DNA from: Octopus sinensis
Taxonomy: Eukaryota
Assembly: GCF_006345805.1 (NCBI RefSeq)
Contig: NC_043000.1
Span: 133,548,001-133,612,000 of the forward strand
Reading direction: 5' to 3'
DNA: 64,000 nt
The position numbers and the translations under genes are program-made. Positions 52,016 to 64,000 of the stretch are shown one piece after another. The notes under the pieces were generated by a model that saw only the letters and a program-made list of their open reading frames with translations, was not told the origin of the DNA and did not search any database. Every line of letters begins with the position of its first letter. Positions within the stretch are counted from its first letter, which is position 1.

Positions 52016-52342
52016 TGTATTTTTTTTCCGCAGTGACTAGCTATTCCTTATTAATCTAATATTCTCATGTTCTGTTCTTGTATTTTTATTTTCCGCAGTG
52101 ACTAGCTATTCCTTATTTATCTAATATTCTCATGTTCTGTTCTTGTATTTTTATTTTCCGCAGTGACTAGCTATTCCTTATTAATCTAATATTCTCATGT
52201 TCTGTTCTTGTATTTTTTATTTTCCGCAGTGACTAGCTATTCCTTATTAATCTAATATTCTCATGTTCTGTTCTTGTATTTTTATTTTCCGCAGTTACTA
52301 GCTATTCCTTATTAATCTAATATTCTCATGTTCTGTTCTTGT
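52016..52342. repeat. Minisatellite, 65-bp unit, about 5 near-identical copies
   Basis: ccgcag recurs at 52028, 52093, 52158, 52224 and 52289. Confidence 0.97.
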
Positions 52343-53730
52343 TTGTACATCTTGCTATATGTTACATAACATTTACAATGGTAGTATCTTGTTCATCTGA
52401 GATGTGTGGATTATTTATGGATTTGCTTTATTTGTATTCTTTTCTCGGTTATCATTTGTGATTGCTATTTTGGTTATATACAGTATTTGTTCTATACTAA
52501 TACATTCCACATTTTCAATTTTATGTCTATATATCTTATTAGCTATTTATAATTTGTATTGCTCGAACCTTAGTTTAGCCTAGACGAAAGATACTTCAGC
52601 CATATCTAATCCATGATTTTCGAGCTCAATGCATCTATCATTACGCGTTTTCTTTCTTTTCAATATAGTTAGATAAAATTTGAAAGAGATTTGGCCACTA
52701 ATATTTTGCGGGTTAACTGATCGCATAGAATCTCTTTTCCTGTGTGTATCGTTGTATTGTAGACAAATGGCTGGATATGTGTTTTTAAAATTCGTTTGTT
52801 TTTGTGGGAATTAAGTATATTTTATAGTAGCGTTCATTGTGTTGTTGGAATTCTTATTTACTGTTTTCTACTTTTCTTATTGCAAGATAGTTCTATTCCC
52901 GAGATATTTTTTATTAATATTTCCTTGATATTCTCTGTATGACATTGTCCCTGAGTAACATTCTACCGTGAGAAATGAATGCGTGGATTGTATAGAAATC
53001 TTTCTTAACTTTAAATTAACAAGTCCTTGTCCGTTTAGCTTTTTTATCGAATATTTCCTTGTAAGTTCTTTCATAAGTAGCTATCTGAGCTCTCTGGACA
53101 TTCGAATCTGTAGGATATTTCATATCTGTGCTAAATGTAAATACATTACACTGTAGGCACTTATGGCATGCAAAATTATGGAAGGAGCAAATATAATATT
53201 CAGTTTTTACTTCATGTTTAGTTTAATCGCTATACCATTGTTTTTGTTTTAGTGGTTAATTTAAAGTTAACTCTGATAATTTTTGTAAACAATTTTTACC
53301 AAAAGAAAATATTTACTCAAATTTTTTCACTGGTATTAATAAAACAGATTGATGCTTTATGGTTCAATTGTTGATACAATGAATTTGTGTATGTATCTTG
53401 GTAAGAAGTACAATATTGTTTTCGTACTTACTACCTGCGATAGTAAGAACCTGCGATAACTTACAAAGGGACCTGCTTTGACAACATGGTCCTAAATCGA
53501 GTAATTTGGGAAAACATATCCTTCTAGAATTGCATAATTGCTTTTATCATGTTTCTCGGTCAGGGCTGACCTGGGGTTAATCAGACACGGCGTTAAGTAC
53601 GTCGTCTTTTTTTATTTATTTTATTACGCTTCGACGTCTTTTTTCATGATAAAATTCCGTATTTAATTCGGCTTCATATAATTTATTGTTTTGACTCTAT
53701 TTATCTTTGAGAATATGACACTCGTACACA

Positions 53731-53734
<4 letters not shown>

Positions 53735-53796
<62 letters not shown>

Positions 53797-53804
53797 CACA
53801 CACA

Positions 53805-53861
<57 letters not shown>
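53735..53861. repeat. (TA)n-(CA)n microsatellite
   Basis: Direct reading. Confidence 0.95.
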
Positions 53862-53862
<1 letters not shown>

Positions 53863-56800
53863 AATTTTAAAACGAAACTTAATCTTTAAACATAAATCAA
53901 AAGCGCAGAACTAAATATATAGTTAGCTTTAAATCAAAGCATATCTTCAATTTAAATAATTTTGTTGGCAAATATTTATTTAATTTTGAAAAGGCGTTTG
54001 ATTTGTAAATAACAGTTTTCATAATTAAGAGATCTTTAAACTATGAAAAATGATGGTTAGATTAATACGAGCAGAATCCGTATTAATCATTTATGCCTTT
54101 CGGTTATTCCCAAAAACTTTAATGCAGTAAAAATATTAAATTAAATAAGACACTAAATAATAAAGATAATAAAATGCAAAGCATTTTCAATTGTAATGTT
54201 TGGAGGACTTGCCTTCCATCTTTTTTTAAATTTCTTTTAATAATTTTCCATCAGGAGAAACCCAACTAACATTAAAATATTTCGCTAATTAGAGACATCA
54301 TTTGAAATAAAGTGAAAAGGCAGATGTCAAGCGATGCTCGTTTTCTTTAAAGGTGAAAACAAAATTATTTTACAATATTTTTTAGTTTAGTTTCAATAAA
54401 TTAACTATAGACACTTGCTTTGAGTTTTCATATTTTAGAGTTATTTTAGCAATTTAAAAAATTCTACAACCCGTTCTTCCATAATAATTTAGTTAGTAGA
54501 GGAAGGGCAACGCTGACGACCTTTTTCGGGACTCTGTGATTATCGAAAGGGAGGGAAGAAGTTATCAGTAAACTGGAAACCTGACCCCAATGGTTGAAAT
54601 TTAGTAAAGTCCGCGAAAGGTACCTAAGAGACAGGTGGTGAACCAGAGCTCACATTACAAACGAGAACCCATTTCAATAAGAGCTCTTCAAGTGATAAAT
54701 GAGAAATGAACTAAAAATTAGTGCCTTATCAATGCCCACTACAACCAAAGGGGTTTGATAGCCATTAGATGAGAAAATTAACAGAAAGAAAATGAAATAT
54801 TCAATCGTGTCTTGCTTTCTAATTTGAGCTGGCACTTGGTGTCTCAGAATATCCTTTTATATATGTTAACAGGGAAATCCTAATCGATTCACAATCAAAA
54901 TAAACGTATAATTATTCTCAATAGCAACTCGCCAAAAGGGATTTATGATACCATTTTTTTTATAGAAATGATTTTGTAAAAATGAATTGTCATACATTAT
55001 CAGCGTGCGGGTAAATACCATTACAAGAAAACGTCTCTCTCAGCTTATCCATATAATTGTTACATTCTTTCAAAAATATTTGCCTTTCCAATAATGTTCG
55101 GTAATTTTTGCTTTCAATTTGTTATTTGTACTTAAATAAGGGATCAATTTTAATTGTTTGAGCAAATTCTGTAAGCAAGCAAGAAATCTGAACTTCTCTG
55201 CCAACCTTCATTTGCTATAAATCTTTGATGAAATGTCTTACGTAGGATTTCCCAGACACTAATAGACATATGATACAAAGCAAAACTTTTAAGTATTATG
55301 AAATAGATTTTCTTGTATATTTGATGTTGATCAGTGTCTCACAACTACTCACTACCTCCTGAAATTGAAAACTTGAGCTGGATTTTTTTCTCTAATCATA
55401 AATGATATTCGTTTCAAAAGCTTTGTGTTACATCGTAAATTATGAAAACAACTCATATAAGTTAACACTGAAATGTCATAAATCTAACTTCTGTTTTCGA
55501 TTTTGGCCCGCAACTTGTAACTTGCCAAGCTATTAATTAAATCAATGTTTGTAAGAGCTTTTGCTTCAATAATGATTTCAGCAACGACTACTTCTTTGTT
55601 CTGTTACTATTTAATGAAACTCTAGAATCTAAAGATTTTTGGCAGCTTTAAACTCACTAAACTCATGTTTACATTATTTTATTATCAAAATAATGCATTA
55701 TATAATTCAAAAATTATGTAGCTATATTTTCCGGACAGACAGATTGTCTGGTTATGAAAATTAAAACCTACCAGAGAGATGAGAAAATTTGGCTTTGAGG
55801 TTAATATCATTCATAAAAAGAGCAAGTAATTTAGCTTCGTTTTTCGAATTATGTTTCAAGTTTCTTATAAGACTTGAAAAATGAAATTAATATAATAAAT
55901 AAAGTATTATAATTAACGATAATCTGATTAGTCTTGTAAATGAATTAGCACGTTCAGGGACTCCAACTCGTAGCAAAAGGAATGATCCGGAATGTTGTTT
56001 CTGTTGCCTTATCTTGCATTCAGGTGGTCTTAACTCCAAATATCCAAGCTATCGAAATAACATCATTTTGTGCAAATAAGGTAGGGTCACATATGTAAGA
56101 CTGCTAGCTGAAAAATATTGTTTCACATTATCCAAGCAACTAGTATATAAAATCTCCCACTGAGAGGGAGTGTTTAAAAACAGTTATTCGGAAGTCCACA
56201 ATAAGATTAATTCATCAAAATTTCTGGACAATACGGACAACGAAGGTTGGTGTGAATCGGATCTTTAAGCTTCAAATTAGTCCTACAAGAAATAGCAGTA
56301 AAATTTCTCTTTAAAATTACCTAGCCATCTAAAAATATGAGCTGACACATTGGGCAATGTCTTAGATACACTATGAATGAAATAAGACAATCTGGTAATG
56401 ACTGGAGCGTCTCTTAATCATAGCTACGATCGAGCAAATCTATGTTATTTTTATTCCACTTGGACGCAGTTATAAGATCAATCAAATTTTATAATGTTCA
56501 AATTTCAATAACTGTGCTAAAATTACATATTTCTTTTCATACATTATTAAGTCAAATTTTTGTACTGCTTTCTTTACCTGAATAGAAAATAAAATTGAAA
56601 TGTATTAGTGAGAGGTATGACAATCGTTCAGAGGTTTTTAAAGATGGTCTTCTCTTTATTTTAAAAGATTAATTAATCCGAGAATATATTTTATATTCTT
56701 CATTCTTTTTTAAGTGTGTGGGTATAATCCGAAGGAAAGTTTTTGGCTATTTCTAGCAGTCAAGCAACTGCATAAATGCTTTCTGACTGGCACAAAAATA

Positions 56801-57929
56801 TCTGGCATTTTGAGGAAAGCTAGTGAGTAGATACAATAATTTAATTTAATAATAGTTAAGCATGGGTGAGGATAGTGAAAAGAAAAGACAAGCTGGGAAA
56901 AGGAGGAAAATTATACCGGATGGGGGCAAAAAGAGCAAAGCAAAAGGTAAAAAGAGAATGAAGATAAATCGCAGAGTGAATGTAGGAACCGAATAGTTGC
57001 AATAAACGGTGGGTTATGGAAAAAAAGGAAAGAAAACAAATGGGAGAAGGAAATAGCGAAAGAAAGCAAGCTAGTGTGACAGAAAGAATATAAATCAAAA
57101 AGCAACAATGGAATTAGTCGGTGAAAACAAACGAGAAAGAAAGATTGAATAATCACGGAACTAAAAATAAGAGAACAGGCAAGTAGATGGAGAAGTTAAA
57201 GCTAAGTTGTTCATTCGTTCTGTGTGATAAGAACGCATTCCAAATCAGAAAATAAATTTCCGCTTTAGCGACAACACAGACCGAAATATGACCTGGCTAG
57301 TTAAAGTGTTCGCTCGGTTATGGGTTTCATGAGATCGTAAATTATAATTTTGTTCTGGACATCGGAAAGATGCTAGTAAAACCAATCATCAGATATATAT
57401 TATTTATCAGTATCCTATTGTACCGATATATGTGTTAAGACTGCGTAGTTTGCACAGGATGTAGTAGATAAAATTAGAAGCGCTGTTACATACAAGTTGT
57501 CGGTGATAAATAGAAGTGAAATACTGAATTAAGAAAATCGCCAAATTAGAGTATGAAATGTTTAAATTGGGGTAAGTTTTAATTTAATGGAAGAGGTGAA
57601 AAATAAAAAATAAAATCTAATTCTAATCCTACAGGCCCGATGAAGCAGACATCATCAAAAGAAAAACCAGCCATGACTAACTTGCTTTTATGAATGTCTA
57701 GGACTGCATAGTCGAATGTGCCATGTTTGTTTTAAGAGAGTTGGATGTTTCTGTGAGAAATATGCTGTGATTTCTGGCATGTTTAAAGACTTCCCTTCAG
57801 TTTATGTAATAGGTATATTGGTAGTGAATGAGAGAGTTGCATCTTAAAAGAAAGACGTACTAATATAATATACAAATATTGTCTGCATAACTAAGGCTGG
57901 ATAAAGGATTTTTGTCTGCGCGCGCACAG

Positions 57930-57960
<31 letters not shown>

Positions 57961-58000
57961 GATACTCACAGATATATTTTGAGAGAAGTGTATCGTTCTC

Positions 58001-58485
58001 GGTTTCTTTATTAGCCACAAGGGCCCAAACATAGAGGGGGACAAACAAGGACAGGTAGGACACCACAGAGGGAACAATACATAGAACGAATATGATGAGA
58101 TGATTATGCAATAATGGGGTTGTGAATGGCTGCATGCGCCCTTCATCACGTGCATCACCATTCATTTTTTTAAACTGTCCGTTATTATATATTTAACTAA
58201 CAATTAATTATCGTCTACCATTACAATTATTTGAACCGTTATATGTTCTCTAAAAATGTTCTTCTATTTTCCGATATTATTTAACATAACATAAAACACT
58301 CTTTCTTTTCCTTTTTTCTTTTTTCCTGTCGATTTGACATATTTATTATTATTTTTAGTAATATTTCATTAGTGGTTCAATTTCTACTAAATCCACTACT
58401 AGTGGCAATTCTTTGAATTCCACCCTTGAATTCCATTTCTTGCAGTCTCTTATAACTTTCCTCTTCAATCACTATCGCCTTCATA
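58001..58485 (-). mobile_element. 485-bp retroposed insertion ending in the family B young tail
   Basis: Perfect 25-bp TSD attttgagagaagtgtatcgttctc at 57976-58000 and 58486-58510; minus-strand end tgtccttgtttgtcccctctatgtttgggcccttgtggctaataaagaaacc. Confidence 0.8.
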
Positions 58486-58953
58486 ATTTTGAGAGAAGTG
58501 TATCGTTCTCAGATAGGTGAAAGCATGGCTCACATCTTTATATTAAAAAGAGTAACATCATAAAGCGTAGCGTTGATGGGAACATATTCACAAATTCCAG
58601 AAGATACCACTAAGTATGGAGGATCTAGTGACAACAATCTATGACAAAATTAGGGAAAGCTTCAGGTCTTGACAGCATCTACAAAGAAGGTTTAAAGACT
58701 ATCCAGATAATGCTGGCAACCTCCCTAAAAATTCAAGGATGCGCAGGTAGTCAACATTTATAAGTGGAGGGGCAACAAGGAATTTATTTCCCTTCTCTCA
58801 ATTGCAGAGAAATACTAGCAAAACTACTTAAGAGATTGCAAAATATTCCTTACAAATTCTCCTTGAAAGGCTGTAATGGATTTCGTTTATCTCAGAGCAA
58901 TAGCGGCATGATTTTTAACTTTTGAAAAATCCAGGAAATGCATTCTACTTTCT

Positions 58954-59301
58954 TATTTCTTTACTGCCACAAGGAGCTACACACAGACACACAGATTAAG
59001 TCGAAAGGATGACAGGCAAAGTCGACCTCGGCTGAATTGGAACTCAGAACGTAGCGGCAGACGAAATACTTATTTCTTTACTACCTACAAGGGGCTAAAC
59101 ACAGAGAGGACAAACAAGGACAGACAAACGGATTAAGTCAATTATATCGACCCCAGTGCGTAACTGGTACTTATTTAATCGAGCCCGAAAGGATGAAAGG
59201 CAAAGTCGAGCTCGGCGGAATTTGAACTCAGAATGTAACGGTAGACGAAATACTGCTAAGCATTTCGTCCGGCGTGCTAACGTTTCTGCCAGCTCACCGC
59301 C
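58954..59301 (-). mobile_element. Young dimeric family B SINE (second unit internally deleted)
   Basis: Junction aagaaataa/gtatttcg at 59070/59069; 11-bp TSD ttctactttct at 58943-58953 and 59302-59312. Confidence 0.92.
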
Positions 59302-59382
59302 TTCTACTTTCTGCATTGTGGGAAGACATTGCTCAAAATGTATGGATACCAGAACAGATTTTTTGAAATAGTCAAATATTTC

Positions 59383-59599
59383 CAGAAACGGTAGCACACC
59401 GGGCGAAATACGTAGCCGTATTTCGTCTGTCATTACGTTCTGAGTTCAAATTCCACCGAGGTCGACTTTGCCTTTCATCCTTTCGGGGTCGATTAAATAA
59501 GTACCAGTTACGCACTGGCGTCGATATAATCGACTTAATCCGTTTGTCTGTCCTTGTTTGTCCTCTGTGTTTAGCCCCTTGTGGGTAGTAAAGAAATAG
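59383..59599 (+). mobile_element. Young monomeric family B SINE, slightly 5'-truncated
   Basis: cagaaacggtagcacaccgggcgaaat ... gtgggtagtaaagaaatag. Confidence 0.92.
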
Positions 59600-60311
59600 T
59601 TATATCTGCCACGATCTCTCCTGGGAGCGTCAGCTCTCCCACACCTTTTTCGGGTGCCTATGGAGTGAAACGGTTGTGTACTCGCCCCAGTACTATTTGC
59701 AGTATTTCTTACTTCTGTACTTAGAAAAATGCCGAGAGAACTCACAGATAGGGTGGAGGGCGTATATCTATACAAGAGTGGATGATCATTTTTTTTAAAA
59801 CAAACCTAAACAAAGATCCATCAGGAAATGCTACGACATTTGTAAACCCCAAATTAGTTTCGCTGATGATTTGACCTTAGTGGCCCATCCCTTCGTATAT
59901 AGCTAGAAAATTACCGTTTTATTAATGAGCGGCGTCAAGTTTCGGCCCATCTATAAATGTAAAAAAAAAAAATACCAATCTAAACCCAGAGTACTAAGAC
60001 ACAAACCTCCAGCCATCACGATTGCTAATCAACCTCTCTAAGTGTGATGAAAAAGTTTACATATTTAAGCAGTGCGATTCCGACGGCAAGTCTGGATGCG
60101 GAAGTTTGATCGCCGCATACAGTCGGCTACCGACGTTTTCGGGAAGCTTAAAGATCGACTAGAATCAGCGTGGTATTAAATTACCAACAAAATGCAAAGT
60201 TTACCGAGCAGCAGTACTATCCTATCTAGGTATTCTACTGATATACAGCGTATAGTTGGCATATTAAATAGCTGATGAGTTGTCAGTTGCGAACTATAAT
60301 GAACATTACTT

Positions 60312-60970
60312 GGCGAGGTTTCATCTCCAACCAGATGGTCTCACTGTATGCAGTTTCGGTTAAATCTTTCATGTCAGAATCCCAGTTTTGGTGGGTGAAA
60401 CACACGATCTGTATGGAAGATAAAATGATCACTAAGGCTGTGCTCTTGGCGAGGTTTAATCTCCAACCAGGTCTCAAAGTATGCAGTTTCGGTTAAGTCT
60501 TTCATGCTAGAATCACAGTTTCGGGGGTGAAACACGTGATCTGTATGGAAGATAAAATGATCACTAAGGCTGTGCTCTTGGCGAGGTTTCATCTCCAGCC
60601 AAGTCTCACAGTATGCAGTTTCGGTTAAGTCTTTCATGCTAGAATCACAGTTTCGGGGGTGAAACACGTGATCTGTATGGAAGATAAAATGATCACTAAG
60701 GCTGTGCTCTTGGCGAGGTTTCATCTCCAGCCAAGTCTCACAGTATGCAGTTTCGGTTAAGTCTTTCATGCTAGAATCACAGTTTCGGGGGTGAAACACG
60801 TGATCTGTATGGAAGATAAAATGATCACTAAGGCTGTGCTCTTGGCGAGGTTTTATCTCCAGCCAAGTCTCACAGTATGCAGTTTCGGTTAAGTCTTTCA
60901 TGCTAGAATCACAGTTTCGGTGGGTGAAACACGTGATCTGTATGGAAGATAAAATGGTCACTAAGGCTGT
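60312..60970. repeat. Tandem array, 132-bp unit, about 5 copies, derived from the RTE remnant
   Basis: ggcgaggttt recurs at 60312, 60448, 60580, 60712 and 60844. Confidence 0.97.
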
Positions 60971-62091
60971 ACTGTCCAATGAGCTGAAATATGAAAGCCG
61001 TCAAAGAAAGCGTCCAAATCTCCACTAAGAGGATATCATCAAACGACATACCGGCGAGGCTGGTAACCTTATTGTAACCGCAAAGAAGACAGTAAATGAC
61101 TGCAAACAATTGTCATAAAGGAGTAAATGTTAGAGGTAAACTGGATGAAACAACCGAAAGAAAAGAGAAAGCTAAAACAAGATTCCCTACACCAGTACTG
61201 CCAACAATATTCGGCTATAATTGCAGTTAGTCGTGCCTTTATTTTTGGTCTACAATTCCTTTCTCGATCAAGGCAAATCTATTTTATACATATGTGTGTA
61301 TATAGTATATCCTCCCCTGTTCAGTTGTATTAGGTGAGCTTGCAGATTGTGTCATGAATAAACGCATCTTTTTTTTTTTCCTGTTCATCATTATGAATGC
61401 AATTCGTTTATATAACGAACAATTTTCTTCAGCACTTAGGTTGATAAAATACGGACCGATCAAGTGATTGAATCAATTCATTCAGCTATGCCTCTTCTCA
61501 AATTGTATGATTTTGGAACTGTGTGAGAAACACGGCCCTTTACGTTCTACTGCCGAAGTTAACTTTGCCCTTCGTTCTCACACGGTTAACCCTCAAACAC
61601 ATAAAATTCCATTCATTATAGACCTCTATTTTCATTTTTCAATCAACGTTTAGATACTTTCACTTTTTCGCGTCTCTCCAACTCATCTCTTTTCTGTTTC
61701 TCACAAAATTGCATATTTTTCACATTTTCAACCATTTGAATTAAGTTATTGTAAAAAAAAAAAAAATCAAGTTTGTAAAAAAATCAATCCTGCAAAAGTT
61801 TGACATTTTAATTGGATAATCACAACACGTTCATTTTTAAACAGGCCATTAGGTTTAAGCTGATCATTAAATCAGTTGTTTTCTGCCAATGAAGCAAACC
61901 TATCATTTTGTGCCATCTGATATTGATAAGCGATCAAATGATAAGCAATCAAATGAAATTTATTGCCAAATCTTTATTGCAAAATTCAAAAATTTACACG
62001 AAATATATTTCATTTTTACTATGCTAAATCATATACAACATGATTTCGTCAATATATCCGCATATCAACATTTCTCACTTTCATTGTTTAA

Positions 62092-62094
<3 letters not shown>

Positions 62095-62139
<45 letters not shown>

Positions 62140-62167
62140 ATATATATGTATATAAACACATATGTAT

Positions 62168-62217
<50 letters not shown>

Positions 62218-62245
62218 CACATATGTATACACACACACACACACA

Positions 62246-62278
<33 letters not shown>

Positions 62279-62316
62279 CATATGTATACACACACACACA
62301 CACACACACACCACAC

Positions 62317-62349
<33 letters not shown>

Positions 62350-62488
62350 ACACATATGTATACACACACACACACACCACACACACATATATATATATAT
62401 ATAAACACATATGTATACACACATACACACACACACCACACACACACATATATATATATATATAAACACATATGTATACACACATATA

Positions 62489-62536
<48 letters not shown>

Positions 62537-62595
62537 CACACACATATATATATACATACATATATACATGCATACCTACATACATATACACGCAT
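62095..62595. repeat. Compound (TA)n(CA)n microsatellite with higher-order periodicity
   Basis: Recurrent anchor acacatatgtatacacac; explains all the IY/HT/CV ORFs here. Confidence 0.95.
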
Positions 62596-63129
62596 CTAAG
62601 GATATAACATTTATTTTCAGGAAATCAAGCAGCACTAAATGTGTAATACAAAACTTCTCAAACACACATTGTTTCTGGTTGTCAGATGTTTCTAGATGTC
62701 TATGGTCACGTGATGTCTTCATCAGCGAGGCTACAAAATAATCACTGTAGCACACAAAACCTTATGCCTTGCTAATAACCCCAATAACGAAATATAAAAT
62801 ACATTCAATTTTCTATGAAAAGAAAAACAACTTTGCATCACTGATAGAATCTCCAAAATCAATGCTAAAATCAATAATCTAAAAATCATTGTAATAACTA
62901 TATGGATAAACATTTTATTGAGAATACTTTTGTGTAATTCCATAAGGTTCAGAGCGATATAATTTACAACATATAAGTGCATCTCACACACGGAGATTGA
63001 CGTGCGAATACTATGACGTGCGAATACTATAATACCTCGTTTTCCGTAAGTTAATGATAAATTCTTTTATTAGCAATGATATTTATGATTCTAACATTCG
63101 TACAAAGGTTTTGGTGCAATAAATTGAAG

Positions 63130-63405
63130 GATTTTGTTTAGGGTAATTCAAGAGGCGCGTTGTGCCCTCGAGAAAGACACTTTCCTGTTGCTCCGGTTCA
63201 CGCAGCTGGCAAAAATGAGTAGTACCTGTAAATCAAAGGGCGAGCCCTTTTACATTCTCTGTCGCGCTGAATCTCCTTAAGAACTAGGTTAAGGGTACGT
63301 GTGTCTGTACAGTGCTCAGCCACTTGCGCGTTAATTTCACGAACAAGCTGTTCCGTTCGTCGGATCAACAGGAACCCTGGTCGTCGTAACTGACGGAGTG
63401 CTAGT
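63130..63405 (+). mobile_element. Family C-related SINE lacking a clear head (CORE-like block plus another 3' body)
   Basis: gttgctccggttcacgcagctggcaaaaatgagtag matches the block at 49960-50000. Confidence 0.65.
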
Positions 63406-64000
63406 TGATTATAGATATGTCGGTAGTAATTAGTACTTTACCGATTCTGTGTTACTTTACAATTTACGTAAAGTGTAACACAAACGATTCCCTTTGCAAG
63501 ACGCAGAAAAAGTCAATACTTGAACGTAAACTTCTTCGAGCATTTAACAGCCAGAAGCGTAATTCCCAGGGATAGAACACATTATATATTCATGTGGTTT
63601 GATTTTATTTTCAAGTGCCTCTTATTAGGTGTGCTCATACATCATTGTATTTATATAATATCACTGAGAATCTGCTTCTATTCACTTTTACTGAGCCCTC
63701 CAAGAAATCGGTCTGCAAACCAAGAATATTTAGATACTTCTACGAAATATTGCTCCTTCTTTGTAAGTGTATGTGTATATATATATGTGTATGTGTTCAC
63801 ACAGTATCAAGATATGATATATTATGTATGTAACATGGTATAATTATAAACAGGGCAAATTTTAGCCATTTCTCCGCCGAGTGAAAAAATGAAACCTCCA
63901 GCTTCTATATCCAGACTATGAATTCCTATTCATACCAATAATAATTGGAGCACTAGGTTTTGTTAGTAAATATTTAAAGGAGATCTAGATAAACTGAGAT

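Larger units (their letters stand above)
58545..61070 (+). mobile_element. Decayed RTE-clade LINE (RT region), interrupted by SINEs and a tandem amplification
   Basis: Fragments in the correct order: GKASGLDSIYKEGLK, FKDA.VV.IYK, ISLLSIA.K.LAK, GCVLAPVLF, FADDL, KFTYLSS, LDAEV.RRIQSAT..FGKL, GIKLPTKCKVYRAAVL, CMEDKMITKAVL..ELK. Confidence 0.88.

Noticed and set aside
52016-52342. CRISPR-like array interpretation (also for the 60312 array)
   Set aside because: Units are contiguous with no unique spacers, and the context is eukaryotic
62998-63029. 16-bp tandem duplication tgacgtgcgaatacta x2
   Set aside because: Ordinary slippage duplication; only two copies, no wider structure

Overview
AT-rich eukaryotic, repeat-dominated DNA with no confidently identifiable host gene. 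The SINE families and microsatellite load point to an Octopus (coleoid cephalopod) genome, intergenic or inside a very large intron; this attribution is an inference from recalled repeat families. Contents: three tRNA-derived SINE families (about 30 copies, many with TSDs); one young 5'-truncated CR1-type LINE with an uninterrupted 666-codon RT ORF; remnants of RTE, Tx1/L1, L2/CR1-group, HERO and R4/Dong non-LTR elements; four mariner remnants and a mariner MITE; three non-autonomous Helitron-like elements; and a GG-terminal MITE with 8-bp TSDs (Merlin-like), present as both a 394-bp monomer and an 816-bp fold-back dimer. There are also a 173-bp hairpin, 65-bp and 132-bp tandem arrays and many microsatellites. 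Most ORF-track entries are microsatellite or SINE artefacts. The most interesting signals are (1) two SINE-LINE 3'-tail partnerships readable inside the window, one apparently with a Tx1-clade LINE and involving a tail switch, (2) a dimeric SINE with a constant junction that inserts as a unit, (3) the monomer and fold-back-dimer MITE pair, and (4) a tandem array amplified from an RTE segment whose antisense strand is open for 201 codons.
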